From positions 124,001-188,000 of the forward strand of contig NIVC01002088.1 of NCBI GenBank assembly GCA_002269645.1: a stretch of 64,000 bases of DNA, given 5' to 3'. The notes below the pieces were generated by a model, which ran no database searches, was not told where the DNA came from, and saw only the letters and a list, made by a program, of their open reading frames with translations. The DNA is from Macrostomum lignano. Lineage: Eukaryota. The position numbers were made by a program, and so were the translations under genes. Of the stretch, positions 45,505 through 57,500 are shown piece by piece. Position 1 is the stretch's first letter, and the number at the start of each line of letters is the position of its first letter.

Positions 45505-48500
45505 TCAGATGCCCGTTGTGCCGTTCAGCAGGCCTCGCTTAGTCAGGCCGTCCGTCAGGGCCTCGTAGAATTTCAGCTGGTCATCCGGTCTGAGTGAGTA
45601 CACCTGCCGCAACAGGTGGTGCGGCGAGGTTACCCTGAACAGGTGGATTACAAAAAAGGTGTTGATTATGCGATGAGCTAAGCAATTCACTGCCCATTAT
45701 CCAGTTCTATGGGCTAGACTAGCAATCCACTGCCCATTATTCAGTTCTATGGGCTAGACTAGCAATCCACTGCCCATTATTCAGTTCTATGGGCTAGACT
45801 AGCAATCCACTGCCCATTATCCAGTTCTATGGGCTAGACTAGCAATCCACTGACCATTATTCAGTTCTATGGGCTAGACTAGCAATCCACTGCCCATTAT
45901 TCAGTTCTATGGGCTAGACTAGCAATTCACTGCCCATTATCCAGTTCTATGGGCTAGACTAGCAATCCACTGCCCATTATCCAGTTCTATGGGCTAGACT
46001 AGCAATCCACTGCCCATTATTCAGTTCTATGGGCTAGACTAGCAATCCACTGCCCATTATTCAGTTCTATGGGCTAGACTAGCAATCCACTGACCATTAT
46101 TCAGTTCTATGGGCTAGACTAGCAATCCACTGCCCATTATCCAGTTCTATGGGCTAGACTAGCAATCCACTGCCCATTATCCAGTTCTATGGGCTAGACT
46201 AGCAATCCACTGCCCATTATTCAGTTCTATGGGCTAGACTAGCAATCCACTGCCCATTATTCAGTTCTATGGGCTAGACTAGCAATCCACTGCCCATTAT
46301 CCAGTTTTATGGGCTAGACTAGCAATCCACTGCCCATTATTCAGTTCTATGGGCTAGACTAGCAATCCACTGCCCATTATTCAGTTCTATGGGCTAGACT
46401 AGCAATCCACTGCCCATTATTCAGTTCTATGGGCTAGACTAGCAATCCACTGCCCATTATTCAGTTCTATGGACTAGACTAGCAATTCACTGCCCATTAT
46501 CCAGTTCTATGGGCTAGACTAGCAATCCACTGCCCATTATCCAGTTCTATGGGCTAGACTAGCAATCCACTGCCCATTATTCAGTTCTATGGGCTAGACT
46601 AGCAATCCACTGCCCATTATTCAGTTCTATGGGCTAGACTAGCAATCCACTGACCATTATTCAGTTCTATGGGCTAGACTAGCAATCCACTGCCCATTAT
46701 CCAGTTCTATGGGCTAGACTAGCAATCCACTGCCCATTATCCAGTTCTATGGGCTAGACTAGCAATCCACTGCCCATTATCCAGTTCTATGGGCTAGACT
46801 AGCAATCCACTGCCCATTATTCAGTTCTATGGGCTAGACTAGCAATCCACTGCCCATTATCCAGTTTTATGGGCTAGACTAGCAATCCACTGCCCATTAT
46901 TCAGTTCTATGGGCTAGACTAGCAATCCACTGCCCATTATTCAGTTCTATGGGCTAGACTAGCAATCCACTGCCCATTATTCAGTTCTATGGGCTAGACT
47001 AGCAATCCACTGCCCATTATTCAGTTCTATGGGCTAGACTAGCAATCCACTGCCCATTATTCAGTTCTATGGGCTAGACTAGCAATCCACTGCCCATTAT
47101 CCAGTTTTATGGGCTAGACTAGCAATCCACTGCCCATTATTCAGTTCTATGGGCTAGACTAGCAATCCACTGCCCATTATTCAGTTCTATGGGCTAGACT
47201 AGCAATCCACTGCCCATTATTCAGTTCTATGGGCTAGACTAGCAATCCACTGCCCATTATTCAGTTCTATGGGCTAGACTAGCAATCCACTGCCCATTAT
47301 TCAGTTCTATGGGCTAGACTAGCAATCCACTGCCCATTATTCAGTTCTATGGGCTAGACTAGCAATCCACTGCCCATTATCCAGTTCTATGGGCTAGACT
47401 AGCAATCCACTGCCCATTATCCAGTTCTATGGGCTAGACTAGCAATCCACTGCCCATTATTCAGTTCTATGGGCTAGACTAGCAATCCACTGCCCATTAT
47501 CCAGTTTTATGGGCTAGACTAGCAATCCACTGCCCATTATTCAGTTCTATGGGCTAGACTAGCAATCCACTGCCCATTATTCAGTTCTATGGGCTAGACT
47601 AGCAATCCACTGCCCATTATTCAGTTCTATGGGCTAGACTAGCAATCCACTGCCCATTATCCAGTTCTATGGGCTAGACTAGCAATCCACTGACCATTAT
47701 TCAGTTCTATGGGCTAGACTAGCAATCCACTGCCCATTATTCAGTTCTATGGGCTAGACTAGCAATTCACTGCCCATTATCCAGTTCTATGGGCTAGACT
47801 AGCAATCCACTGCCCATTATCCAGTTCTATGGGCTAGACTAGCAATCCACTGCCCATTATTCAGTTCTATGGGCTAGACTAGCAATCCACTGCCCATTAT
47901 TCAGTTCTATGGGCTAGACTAGCAATCCACTGACCATTATTCAGTTCTATGGGCTAGACTAGCAATCCACTGCCCATTATTCAGTTCTATGGGCTAGACT
48001 AGCAATCCACTGCCCATTATCCAGTTCTATGGGCTAGACTAGCAATCCACTGCCCATTATTCAGTTCTATGGGCTAGACTAGCAATCCACTGCCCATTAT
48101 CCAGTTTTATGGGCTAGACTAGCAATCCACTGCCCATTATTCAGTTCTATGGGCTAGACTAGCAATCCACTGCCCATTATTCAGTTCTATGGGCTAGACT
48201 AGCAATCCACTGCCCATTATTCAGTTCTATGGGCTAGACTAGCAATCCACTGCCCATTATTCAGTTCTATGGGCTAGACTAGCAATCCACTGCCCATTAT
48301 TCAGTTCTATGGGCTAGACTAGCAATCCACTGCCCATTATCCAGTTTTATGGGCTAGACTAGCAATCCACTGCCCATTATTCAGTTCTATGGGCTAGACT
48401 AGCAATCCACTGCCCATTATTCAGTTCTATGGGCTAGACTAGCAATCCACTGCCCATTATTCAGTTCTATGGGCTAGACTAGCAATCCACTGCCCATTAT

Positions 48501-51500
48501 TCAGTTCTATGGGCTAGACTAGCAATCCACTGCCCATTATTCAGTTCTATGGGCTAGACTAGCAATCCACTGACCATTATTCAGTTCTATGGGCTAGACT
48601 AGCAATCCACTGCCCATTATCCAGTTCTATGGGCTAGACTAGCAATCCACTGCCCATTATCCAGTTCTATGGGCTAGACTAGCAATCCACTGCCCATTAT
48701 TCAGTTCTATGGGCTAGACTAGCAATCCACTGACCATTATTCAGTTCTATGGGCTAGACTAGCAATCCACTGCCCATTATTCAGTTCTATGGGCTAGACT
48801 AGCAATCCACTGCCCATTATTCAGTTCTATGGGCTAGACTAGCAATCCACTGACCATTATTCAGTTCTATGGGCTAGACTAGCAATCCACTGACCATTAT
48901 TCAGTTCTATGGGCTAGACTAGCAATCCACTGCCCATTATCCAGTTCTATGGGCTAGACTAGCAATCCACTGCCCATTATTCAGTTCTATGGGCTAGACT
49001 AGCAATCCACTGCCCATTATCCAGTTTTATGGGCTAGACTAGCAATCCACTGCCCATTATTCAGTTCTATGGGCTAGACTAGCAATCCACTGCCCATTAT
49101 TCAGTTCTATGGGCTAGACTAGCAATCCACTGCCCATTATTCAGTTCTATGGGCTAGACTAGCAATCCACTGCCCATTATTCAGTTCTATGGGCTAGACT
49201 AGCAATCCACTGCCCATTATCCAGTTCTATGGGCTAGACTAGCAATCCACTGCCCATTATCCAGTTCTATGGGCTAGACTAGCAATCCACTGCCCATTAT
49301 TCAGTTCTATGGGCTAGACTAGCAATCCACTGCCCATTATTCAGTTCTATGGGCTAGACTAGCAATCCACTGCCCATTATTCAGTTCTATGGGCTAGACT
49401 AGCAATCCACTGCCCATTATTCAGTTCTATGGGCTAGACTAGCAATCCACTGCCCATTATCCAGTTTTATGGGCTAGACTAGCAATCCACTGCCCATTAT
49501 TCAGTTCTATGGGCTAGACTAGCAATCCACTGCCCATTATTCAGTTCTATGGGCTAGACTAGCAATCCACTGCCCATTATTCAGTTCTATGGGCTAGACT
49601 AGCAATCCACTGCCCATTATTCAGTTCTATGGGCTAGACTAGCAATCAACTGCATATTAGACAGTTTAATGGGCTAGACTAAGAAGCCACTGACTGATAT
49701 CTGAGATCAAAATTAAAACTAAATTAAATTAAATTAAAGGCAAAATTCAAAATCAAAATTAAATTAATCTAATTAACCTACTAGCCTGCTATAAGTAGCA
49801 TATAGCGTAAAACAAAGAGAGTCAGCTCACATGATGAAGGTCTGGAAGTACACATAGACGAAGGTGCCCATGATGATCTGGCAGTCGAATCGGTCAGTCA
49901 TGCCGCCATGGCCGGGAATCAGGTCGCCAAAGTCCTTGATTTTGAAGGCGCGCTTGAATCCGGACGCAAAGAAGCCGCCAAACGGGCCGACAAAAGAGGC
50001 GAAGGTGGCCATGATGATGCTGTGCCAGTAGAACGGGTACCACGGGATGGAGGACAAAAACAGCTGCGAGTTCGGGAAAGGCGGTGGGAGCGCAAGGTAG
50101 GATGCAATAATTTTAGAGAAGGGTTCGAATCTAGACTATTCCAGCTCGTAGTTTAACAAACATAATGCAGAAAATATTTAATTGACAGTTTCATTTTTAA
50201 CCTAGTTTTGAAAAACGGAGGATCTACTTTTTTTCAGTAGTTTGTCTGTGCAGTTTTACTCAAAATTTAATGTGGCAGACTTTCTTCCTCTGGGTGTGCG
50301 GCCTCAGGAGCATATGGAGTTAAGAATCAACAAGTATTTAACTGGGTGTACACAAAGTGAACGCATGAGGGACGAAACTCAGCCTAGGGGCCGGCAAATC
50401 TAGCTCAGCCAATGAGAGAGCAGTAAGGAGAGAAGTCTAAGTCAGACGGACGAAACTCAGCCTAGGGGGCAGGCCAATCTACTCGTAGCTCAGCCAATGA
50501 GAGAGCAGTAAGGAAGGAGGCAAGAGGAAAGCCAAACTGTTTGTTTATCGGACTGGCTGGGGGCTGGGCGCTACCCCTTTTCTCTTGCCCGCTATGCGCA
50601 CGAAGTGAATTTGGGTTTTCGAGTTTTCCTGCGCCATCTTCCAGTCTTCTTGACTTCATTTTTTACTGACGCAGGTTGTCCGTAGAATTTTTCTTTTCGA
50701 TTTCCAGGTTCCTTCTATTTCTACAGGTTTAATTTCTACAGGTTTGAAGATAATTTTTGCTTCTAGGTAAAAATTTCTGACGGTTCAGCAGCATTGGGAA
50801 AGTTTATTTGTTAACACTTACATAATAAAACACAGAAAAGACGTTTTGCACAAAAATTTAGATGAGTGTAATCTCATGGCCGTGTTTACACTGGATATTT
50901 TCTGACCCAGTCTCGAATATTTCTTATGCAAGAGTTTCACCGCTCCACAACAAATGAAACTTTAACTGTTTCAAATGGCTAGACAACACACAGCAAAGTT
51001 GCTTTGAAGATTGACTGAAGCCGTTCATTCCCGAAAAAGATTCACAGCTGAGTGCCAATAGGTTATAAAGAATGGATTATCGCGCCATCAAATGGAGTCA
51101 GCAATCTTAGAGCTGCTCGGACCGTGGCCAGGGCCCGCCGCCTGCACTTTTAGCTTAGTTCAAGCCCCAGCCGAGGAGGAGCAATGGGTACAGTAGTAGC
51201 GAAGCTCATCTTGCCATCCTTTTTCTCTCGCGGGAACAATTTTTTATTAGTCTTCTTAATGTGAGCTGCTCGGCTTGTGTTCGAGTTCTAGACTGTGTTC
51301 TGCTGTCTTCTAGAAGCAGTTCCACCCGATTGCGCTGCCGAACCGCACAATGCATGGTCACTGTTTTTTGTTTTATCTTTCATCTCAAATCGGATTCCAT
51401 TGTCTATTTCTATTGATTAGATTTCACTTTCATTCTCTTTCTCTCCTTCCAGTTAAAGCAGTTTGCTTATCTTTCACTGCCTCTTCCAATTCATCTATTC

Positions 51501-54500
51501 CCTTAACAATTTTCGAATAATAAATGTCTTTTTCAATTCACACCTCTTACTTTTCTTCAGTCCTTTTTAATTTAGTTTCTAATTCTCTTCCTTTTTTTAC
51601 TTCCGTAACCTTTCTTCGAATCCCCCACTTTCCCATTGCTCGAAAGGGAGAATTTAGCAGACTGTGAGACTGGTGAAAGTCTAGCAAACCGCCGAGGAAA
51701 TGAAGTACGCTAGTGACGGTCGAGGAGAAGGAGGGTCAGAAATTCACTCTCAAACCTTAAGCCTCTCCCGTCCGAACACGGAGAGCTGTGCGGTAAAGTA
51801 CACAGGCTGGGCCTTAGGGAAGTACGCAGCAGGAATAACTGTCAGGGCTAGCTTAAGAAGCCGCCGATAGGGAAAAAGGGGGAAGCCGGTAGGAGAAAGA
51901 GAGAAAAGACGAATAGGAGTCCCAGCCCAAGTTAACCAATAGGGCAAGCGCTGATGCCACACGCCACTGGTTTCATATTAAAAAATCGTAAGCCTAGGGC
52001 GTGTCCCAACACTGGGCTAGGCCGAGTACATAATAATATATTATAAATCAGCGCACAGAGCTTGCCCATTGAAACCCGAGCCCGCAACTACTCGTAGCTT
52101 TGGGGTCAATTATTATCCAATCGTAAATATTGTAACTGGGTGCAGAGCAGCTCAGCGATAAACACTTTCGACTCTCGCGCCACGGCCCTGGTTCGATTCC
52201 GCGCTGCCCGAAGGCTTTTGCACGAAAACTAGCCGGGGGGGGGGGGTTGTCGTGTGATTCACACCGTAAGACCCCCTCCACCAAGGCACAGAGGGTGTGT
52301 ACATGCCTGACACAAGGACTACTCACCCCCCCCCCACCAAGGCACAGAGGGTGTGTACATGCCTGACACAAGGACTACTCACCCCCCCCACCAAGGCACA
52401 GAGGGTGTGTACATGCCTGACACAAGGACTACTCACCCCCCACCAAGGCACAGAGGGTGTGTACATGCCTGACACAAGGACTACTCACCCCCCCCACCAA
52501 GGCACAGAGGGTGTGTACATGCCTGACACAAGGACTACTCACCCCCCACCAAGGCACAGAGGGTGTGTACATGCCTGACACAAGGACTACTCACCCCCAC
52601 CAAGGCACAGAGGGTGTGTACATGCCTGACACAAGGACTACTCACCCCCCCACCAAGGCACAGAGGGTGTGTACATGCCTGACACAAGGACTACTCACCC
52701 CCCCCACCAAGGCACAGAGGGTGTGTACATGCCTGACACAAGGACTACTCACCCCCCCCCACCAAGGCACAGAGGGTGTGTACATGCCTGACACAAGGAC
52801 TACTCACCCCCCCACCAAGGCACAGAGGGTGTGTACATGCCTGACACAAGGACTACTCACCCCCCCCCCACCAAGGCACAGAGGGTGTGTACATGCCTGA
52901 CACAAGGACTACTCACCCCCTCCACCAAGGCACAGAGGGTGTGTACATGCCTGACACAAGGACTACTCACCCCCCTCCACCAAGGCACAGAGGGTGTGTA
53001 CATGCCTGACACAAGGACTACTCACCCCCCTCCACCAAGGCACAGAGGGTGTGTACATGCCTGACACAAGGACTACTAAAGGAGGACTGGAAACTGCGTT
53101 TCTTAGAAAATGTTTATGAGGCTGGTTTTCGCCAAAAAATACATTACGGAGATTGGAAGTTTTCATTTTTTCAGCACAAAAATTGTTATTGCTTTTGATA
53201 GGAGGCAGACCTAATGTTCATCTTTTGAGAGATTTTGTGCCTGGCTTATAGCTCTATTGATATTTATAAAACTTTTCGTTCAGAAAGTTAGAATCCTATG
53301 CTATTTTCTTATAGATTGTACAATTGTGCATGTCCTGTGCCTAAAAACCATTAAAATGGCACGGCTCGGCTCATTGGTTTTATGAATCTATTATATCATT
53401 CTTAGCTGACTGTGTGTAACAATATGTGTGACAGAGATGATAAAATAGATTATAGATTAGTTTAATAGGTTCTTAATAGATTAATATAAAACAACACAAA
53501 GACAATGGATAAATAATCAGCGGTCCCAGTGCGTGATAACGATTGTCTTCAATAACGATTGAAGACAAATCGTTGTCACGTGCTGCGACCGCTGATACTT
53601 TGCATTGTTTTTCTGTTTGACGATCCTACAGACAATGCATTGTTTATAGTAGTGGATTGTTCTGTGAATAATATCGTCAAATTGCTAAACAATGTCCCTG
53701 AAGGCGTTGCGCCAGGATGCCCCCACAGCTCTCCTGAAAATATTATATCATTCATCAATAGTGAATTGAGAACACAAGAAGAGGAACACAGAGAGCGCAA
53801 AGCTGAGGTGGCGGACTGGTATGCCTCAAGGAAAAGAGACAGGTCGGAGATCAATGCAAATGGGAAATACACAGGTAGGATCTAGGCGATTCTATGAAAT
53901 CCGATTATTCACGGCTGAACTCCCCAGTCCCGATTTCTGTCCGACATCATGGAATGGGAGCGGCACATAAAACTAGGGATTTTTCTCCTGCTGCCTATGC
54001 AACTGCCGCATGGAAATCTGATTGCAGAATATTGCCCAGAGAGAGCCACAGGGGAACTGCATGCTCAAGATGTGCGCACATTTTTCTGCAACGACTCAGT
54101 CTGGTGCATGAGAATCACTCAGTCTGGTGCATGAGAATCACTCAGTCTGATGCATGAGATTCACTCAGTCTGGTGAATGAGAATCACTCAGTCTGATGCA
54201 TGAGAATCACTCAGTCTGTTGCATGAGATTCACTCAGTCTGGTGCATGAGAATCACTCAGTCTGATGCATGAGAATCACTCAGTCTGATGCATGAGAATC
54301 ACTCAGTCTGATGCATGAGAATCACTCAGTCTGTTGCATGAGATTCACTCAGTCTGGTGCATGAGAATCACTCAGTCTGATGCATGAGAATCACTCAGTC
54401 TGATGCATGAGAATCACTCAGTCTGATGCATGAGAATCACTCAGTCTGATGCATGAGAATCACTCAGTCTGATGCATGAGAATCACTCAGTCTGGTGCAT

Positions 54501-57500
54501 GAGAATCACTCAGGCTGGGCGCTCGGCAATGCCTAGCTCACCAGTTTGCCAACCACAGGAATGTGGAAGGTGGAGCGCTCGAAGATCCAGTGCCGGACGC
54601 AGTTCATGCTGACGGCATCGCTGACCTCATCGTACTCAAGCGGGCACACAAAGAAGTCGAACTGGATGAGAAAGTGGCTGAGCAGCACGCTAAACAGTAT
54701 GGTGGACAGGCCGCCACCGATGAAGCCTTCCCAGGTCTTCTTCGGCGACAGCTTGATGAGGGGCGTCTTGCCGAAGAAGAAGCCGAACATGTAGGCCATG
54801 ATGTCGTTGCAGATGATCATGGAAGAGGGCAGCAGCAGCCTGGGATGGGGCAATAAATGACAAAATTCATCAAACACTAGATTCAAATCTCAGCGCCCAG
54901 AGCTGCTGCATCAAAATCTCACATCTAGTGTAATTCCATAAAAATCTCACCTGAGATCAGCTCAATCGAAATCTCACATGAAACCAGCTCAATCGAAATC
55001 TCACATGAAATCAGCTCAATCGAAATCTCACATGAAATCAGCTCAATCGAAATCTCACATGAAATCAGCTCAACCAAAATCTCACCTGAGATCAGCTCAA
55101 TCAAAATCTCACATGAGATCAGCTCAATCGAAACCTCACATGAGATCAGCTCAATCAAAATCTCACATGAGATCAGCTCAATCGAAATCTCTCAACTGAG
55201 ATCAGCCCATAGAAATCTCACATGAGATCAGCTCAATCGAAACCTCACATGAGATCAGCTCAATCAAAATCTCACATGAGATCAGCTCAATCGAAATCTC
55301 AACTGAGATCAGCCCATAGAAATCTCACATGAGATCAGCTCAATCGAAACCTCACATGAGATCAGCTCAATCAAAATCTCACATGAGATCAGCTCAATCG
55401 AAATCTCAACTGAGATCAGCCCATAGAAATCTCACATGAGATCAGCTCAATCGAAACCTCACATGAGATCAGCTCAATCAAAATCTCACATGAGATCAGC
55501 TCAATCGAAATCTCAACTGAGATCAGCCCATAGAAATCTCACATGAGATCAGCTCAATCAAAATCTCACATGAGATCAGCTCAATCGAAATCTCAACTGA
55601 GATCAGCCCATAGAAATCTCACCTGAGATGAGCTCAATCGAAATCTCAACTGAGATCAGCCCATAGAAATCTCACCTGAGATGAGCTCAATCGAAATCTA
55701 ACCCGAATAGCCAGTGCAGGTCATAATTAATATTTTATTTACTATTTCACTTACCAAATGACGCCATTGAAAACGTTGCGAATCATGAAATGAGACGAAG
55801 TGACCAGAACTAGCAGAGCCATGTGCGTCCAGCCAAACTGAAAAAAATAATCGTAATACATCACTGGTTTCTCTGCACAACTCTAGGCGCAATTTGAATT
55901 AGGCTACAAGAGACCAACCAGAGTGAACTGCTGCAGGTAGTGCTTCTTAACCAGGCTGACCACAAAGCCCACGATACCACCGCAGTACAGGCAGAATGAG
56001 ATGAACCGGTGGTAGGTGAGCAGCGGCTGCAGGAATTGCTGCAAGTTAAAGGGTGATAGCGATAAAACACGAAGGTCAGGAGATAAGCCGACGAGGTGTC
56101 CAGTCTGCCCTGAGGATACTAAACCTTCTCCAAGGTCACCCAGTCTACTCTGAAGACACCCAGTCTACTCTGAAGACACCCAGTCTACTCTGAAGACACC
56201 CAGTTTACTCTGAAGACACCCAGTCTACTCTGAAGACACCCAGTCTACTCTGAAGACACCCAGTCTACTCTGAAGACACCCAGTTTACTCTGAAGACACC
56301 CAGTCTTCTCTAAAGACACCCAGTCTACTCTGAAGACACCCAGTCTACTCTGAAGACACCCAGTCTACTCTGAAGACACCCAGTCTTCTCTAAAGACACC
56401 CAGTCTACTCTGAAGACACCCAGTTTACTCTGAAGACACCCAGTCTACTCTGAAGACACCCAGTCTACTCTGAAGACACCCAGTCTACTCTGAAGACACC
56501 CAGTCTACTCTGAAGACACCCAGTCTACTCTAAAGACACCCAGTCTACTCTGAAGACACCCAGTCTACTCTGAAGACACCCAGTCTACTCTGAAGACACC
56601 CAGTCTTCTCTAAAGACACCCAGTCTTCTCTAAAGACACCCAGTCTACTCTGAAGACACCCAGTCTACTCTGAAGACACCCAGTCTACTCTGAAGACACC
56701 CAGTCTTCTCTAAAGACACCCAGTCTACTCTGAAGACACCCAGTTTACTCTGAAGACACCCAGTCTACTCTGAAGACACCCAGTCTACTCTGAAGACACC
56801 CAGTCTACTCTGAAGACACCCAGTCTACTCTGAAGACACCCAGTCTACTCTAAAGACACCCAGTCTACTCTGAAGACACCCAGTCTACTCTGAAGACACC
56901 CAGTCTACCCTGAAGACACCCGGTCTACTCTGAAGACATCCAGTCAACCCTGAAGACATGAGACCTTCTCCAAAGACACCTGTCTGCTCTATAGACGCCT
57001 CAGCAATACTTCGTAAATCTCGTTTCTATATTGAATTGCCGGCAACTTTCAGGTGCGCAATATGTACATTCTGTTACTCGAGACCCCACCCCAAGCGTGT
57101 CAAAGCTGACTCACATCCCGCTGCAGCAGAATGCGGAACTGGTCAATCATACTCTCGCCAAAGAAGAAGTAGTTCGAGGTGAATAGAAAGAACCAGCTCA
57201 GAGTGCGGAACCACGGCAGGTCCTGGCTTTTGTACACAACGTAGCCAATGTTGATGATCTCGTAGAAGCACATCATTTGAATGATGAGGATCTGCGATGC
57301 GGGAAACCACCGAGTGAGCATGAAACAATCGGCTGAGTCTTGGAAAAAATTTGGCATTCAATTTCGGTCTGAAAGCGCTCACTCACCAGCACAACCATTG
57401 CCAGAGGTCCCAAATAGACAATGACGGAGAATATGACAATCATGACTATGCTCATGATGCCGCGGACTACCCAGTTCTGCCAGCGGGGCGGCAGAGGAGC

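Noticed and set aside
50360-50470. Hammerhead ribozyme suggested by GGACGAAAC
   Set aside because: No CUGANGA core or compatible stems found on either strand
50600-51950. Possible decayed non-LTR retroelement on the minus strand
   Set aside because: Purine-rich coding-like composition, but many stops and no recognisable RT, endonuclease or zinc-knuckle motif
52137-52210. Functional tRNA-Glu gene
   Set aside because: Acceptor and D stems do not pair, and it runs into SINE body sequence; 28850-28915 is likewise a SINE head
53559-53885. 108-aa ORF inside CDS intron 6
   Set aside because: No recognisable domain and no splice or start support
55205-55220. 11-bp match (agcccatagaa) between the 27-mer variant and the reverse strand of the 40-mer
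   Set aside because: Too short to establish common origin
45681-56960. CRISPR-like appearance of regular repeats
   Set aside because: Units are contiguous with no unique spacers, there are no cas genes, and the context is eukaryotic introns
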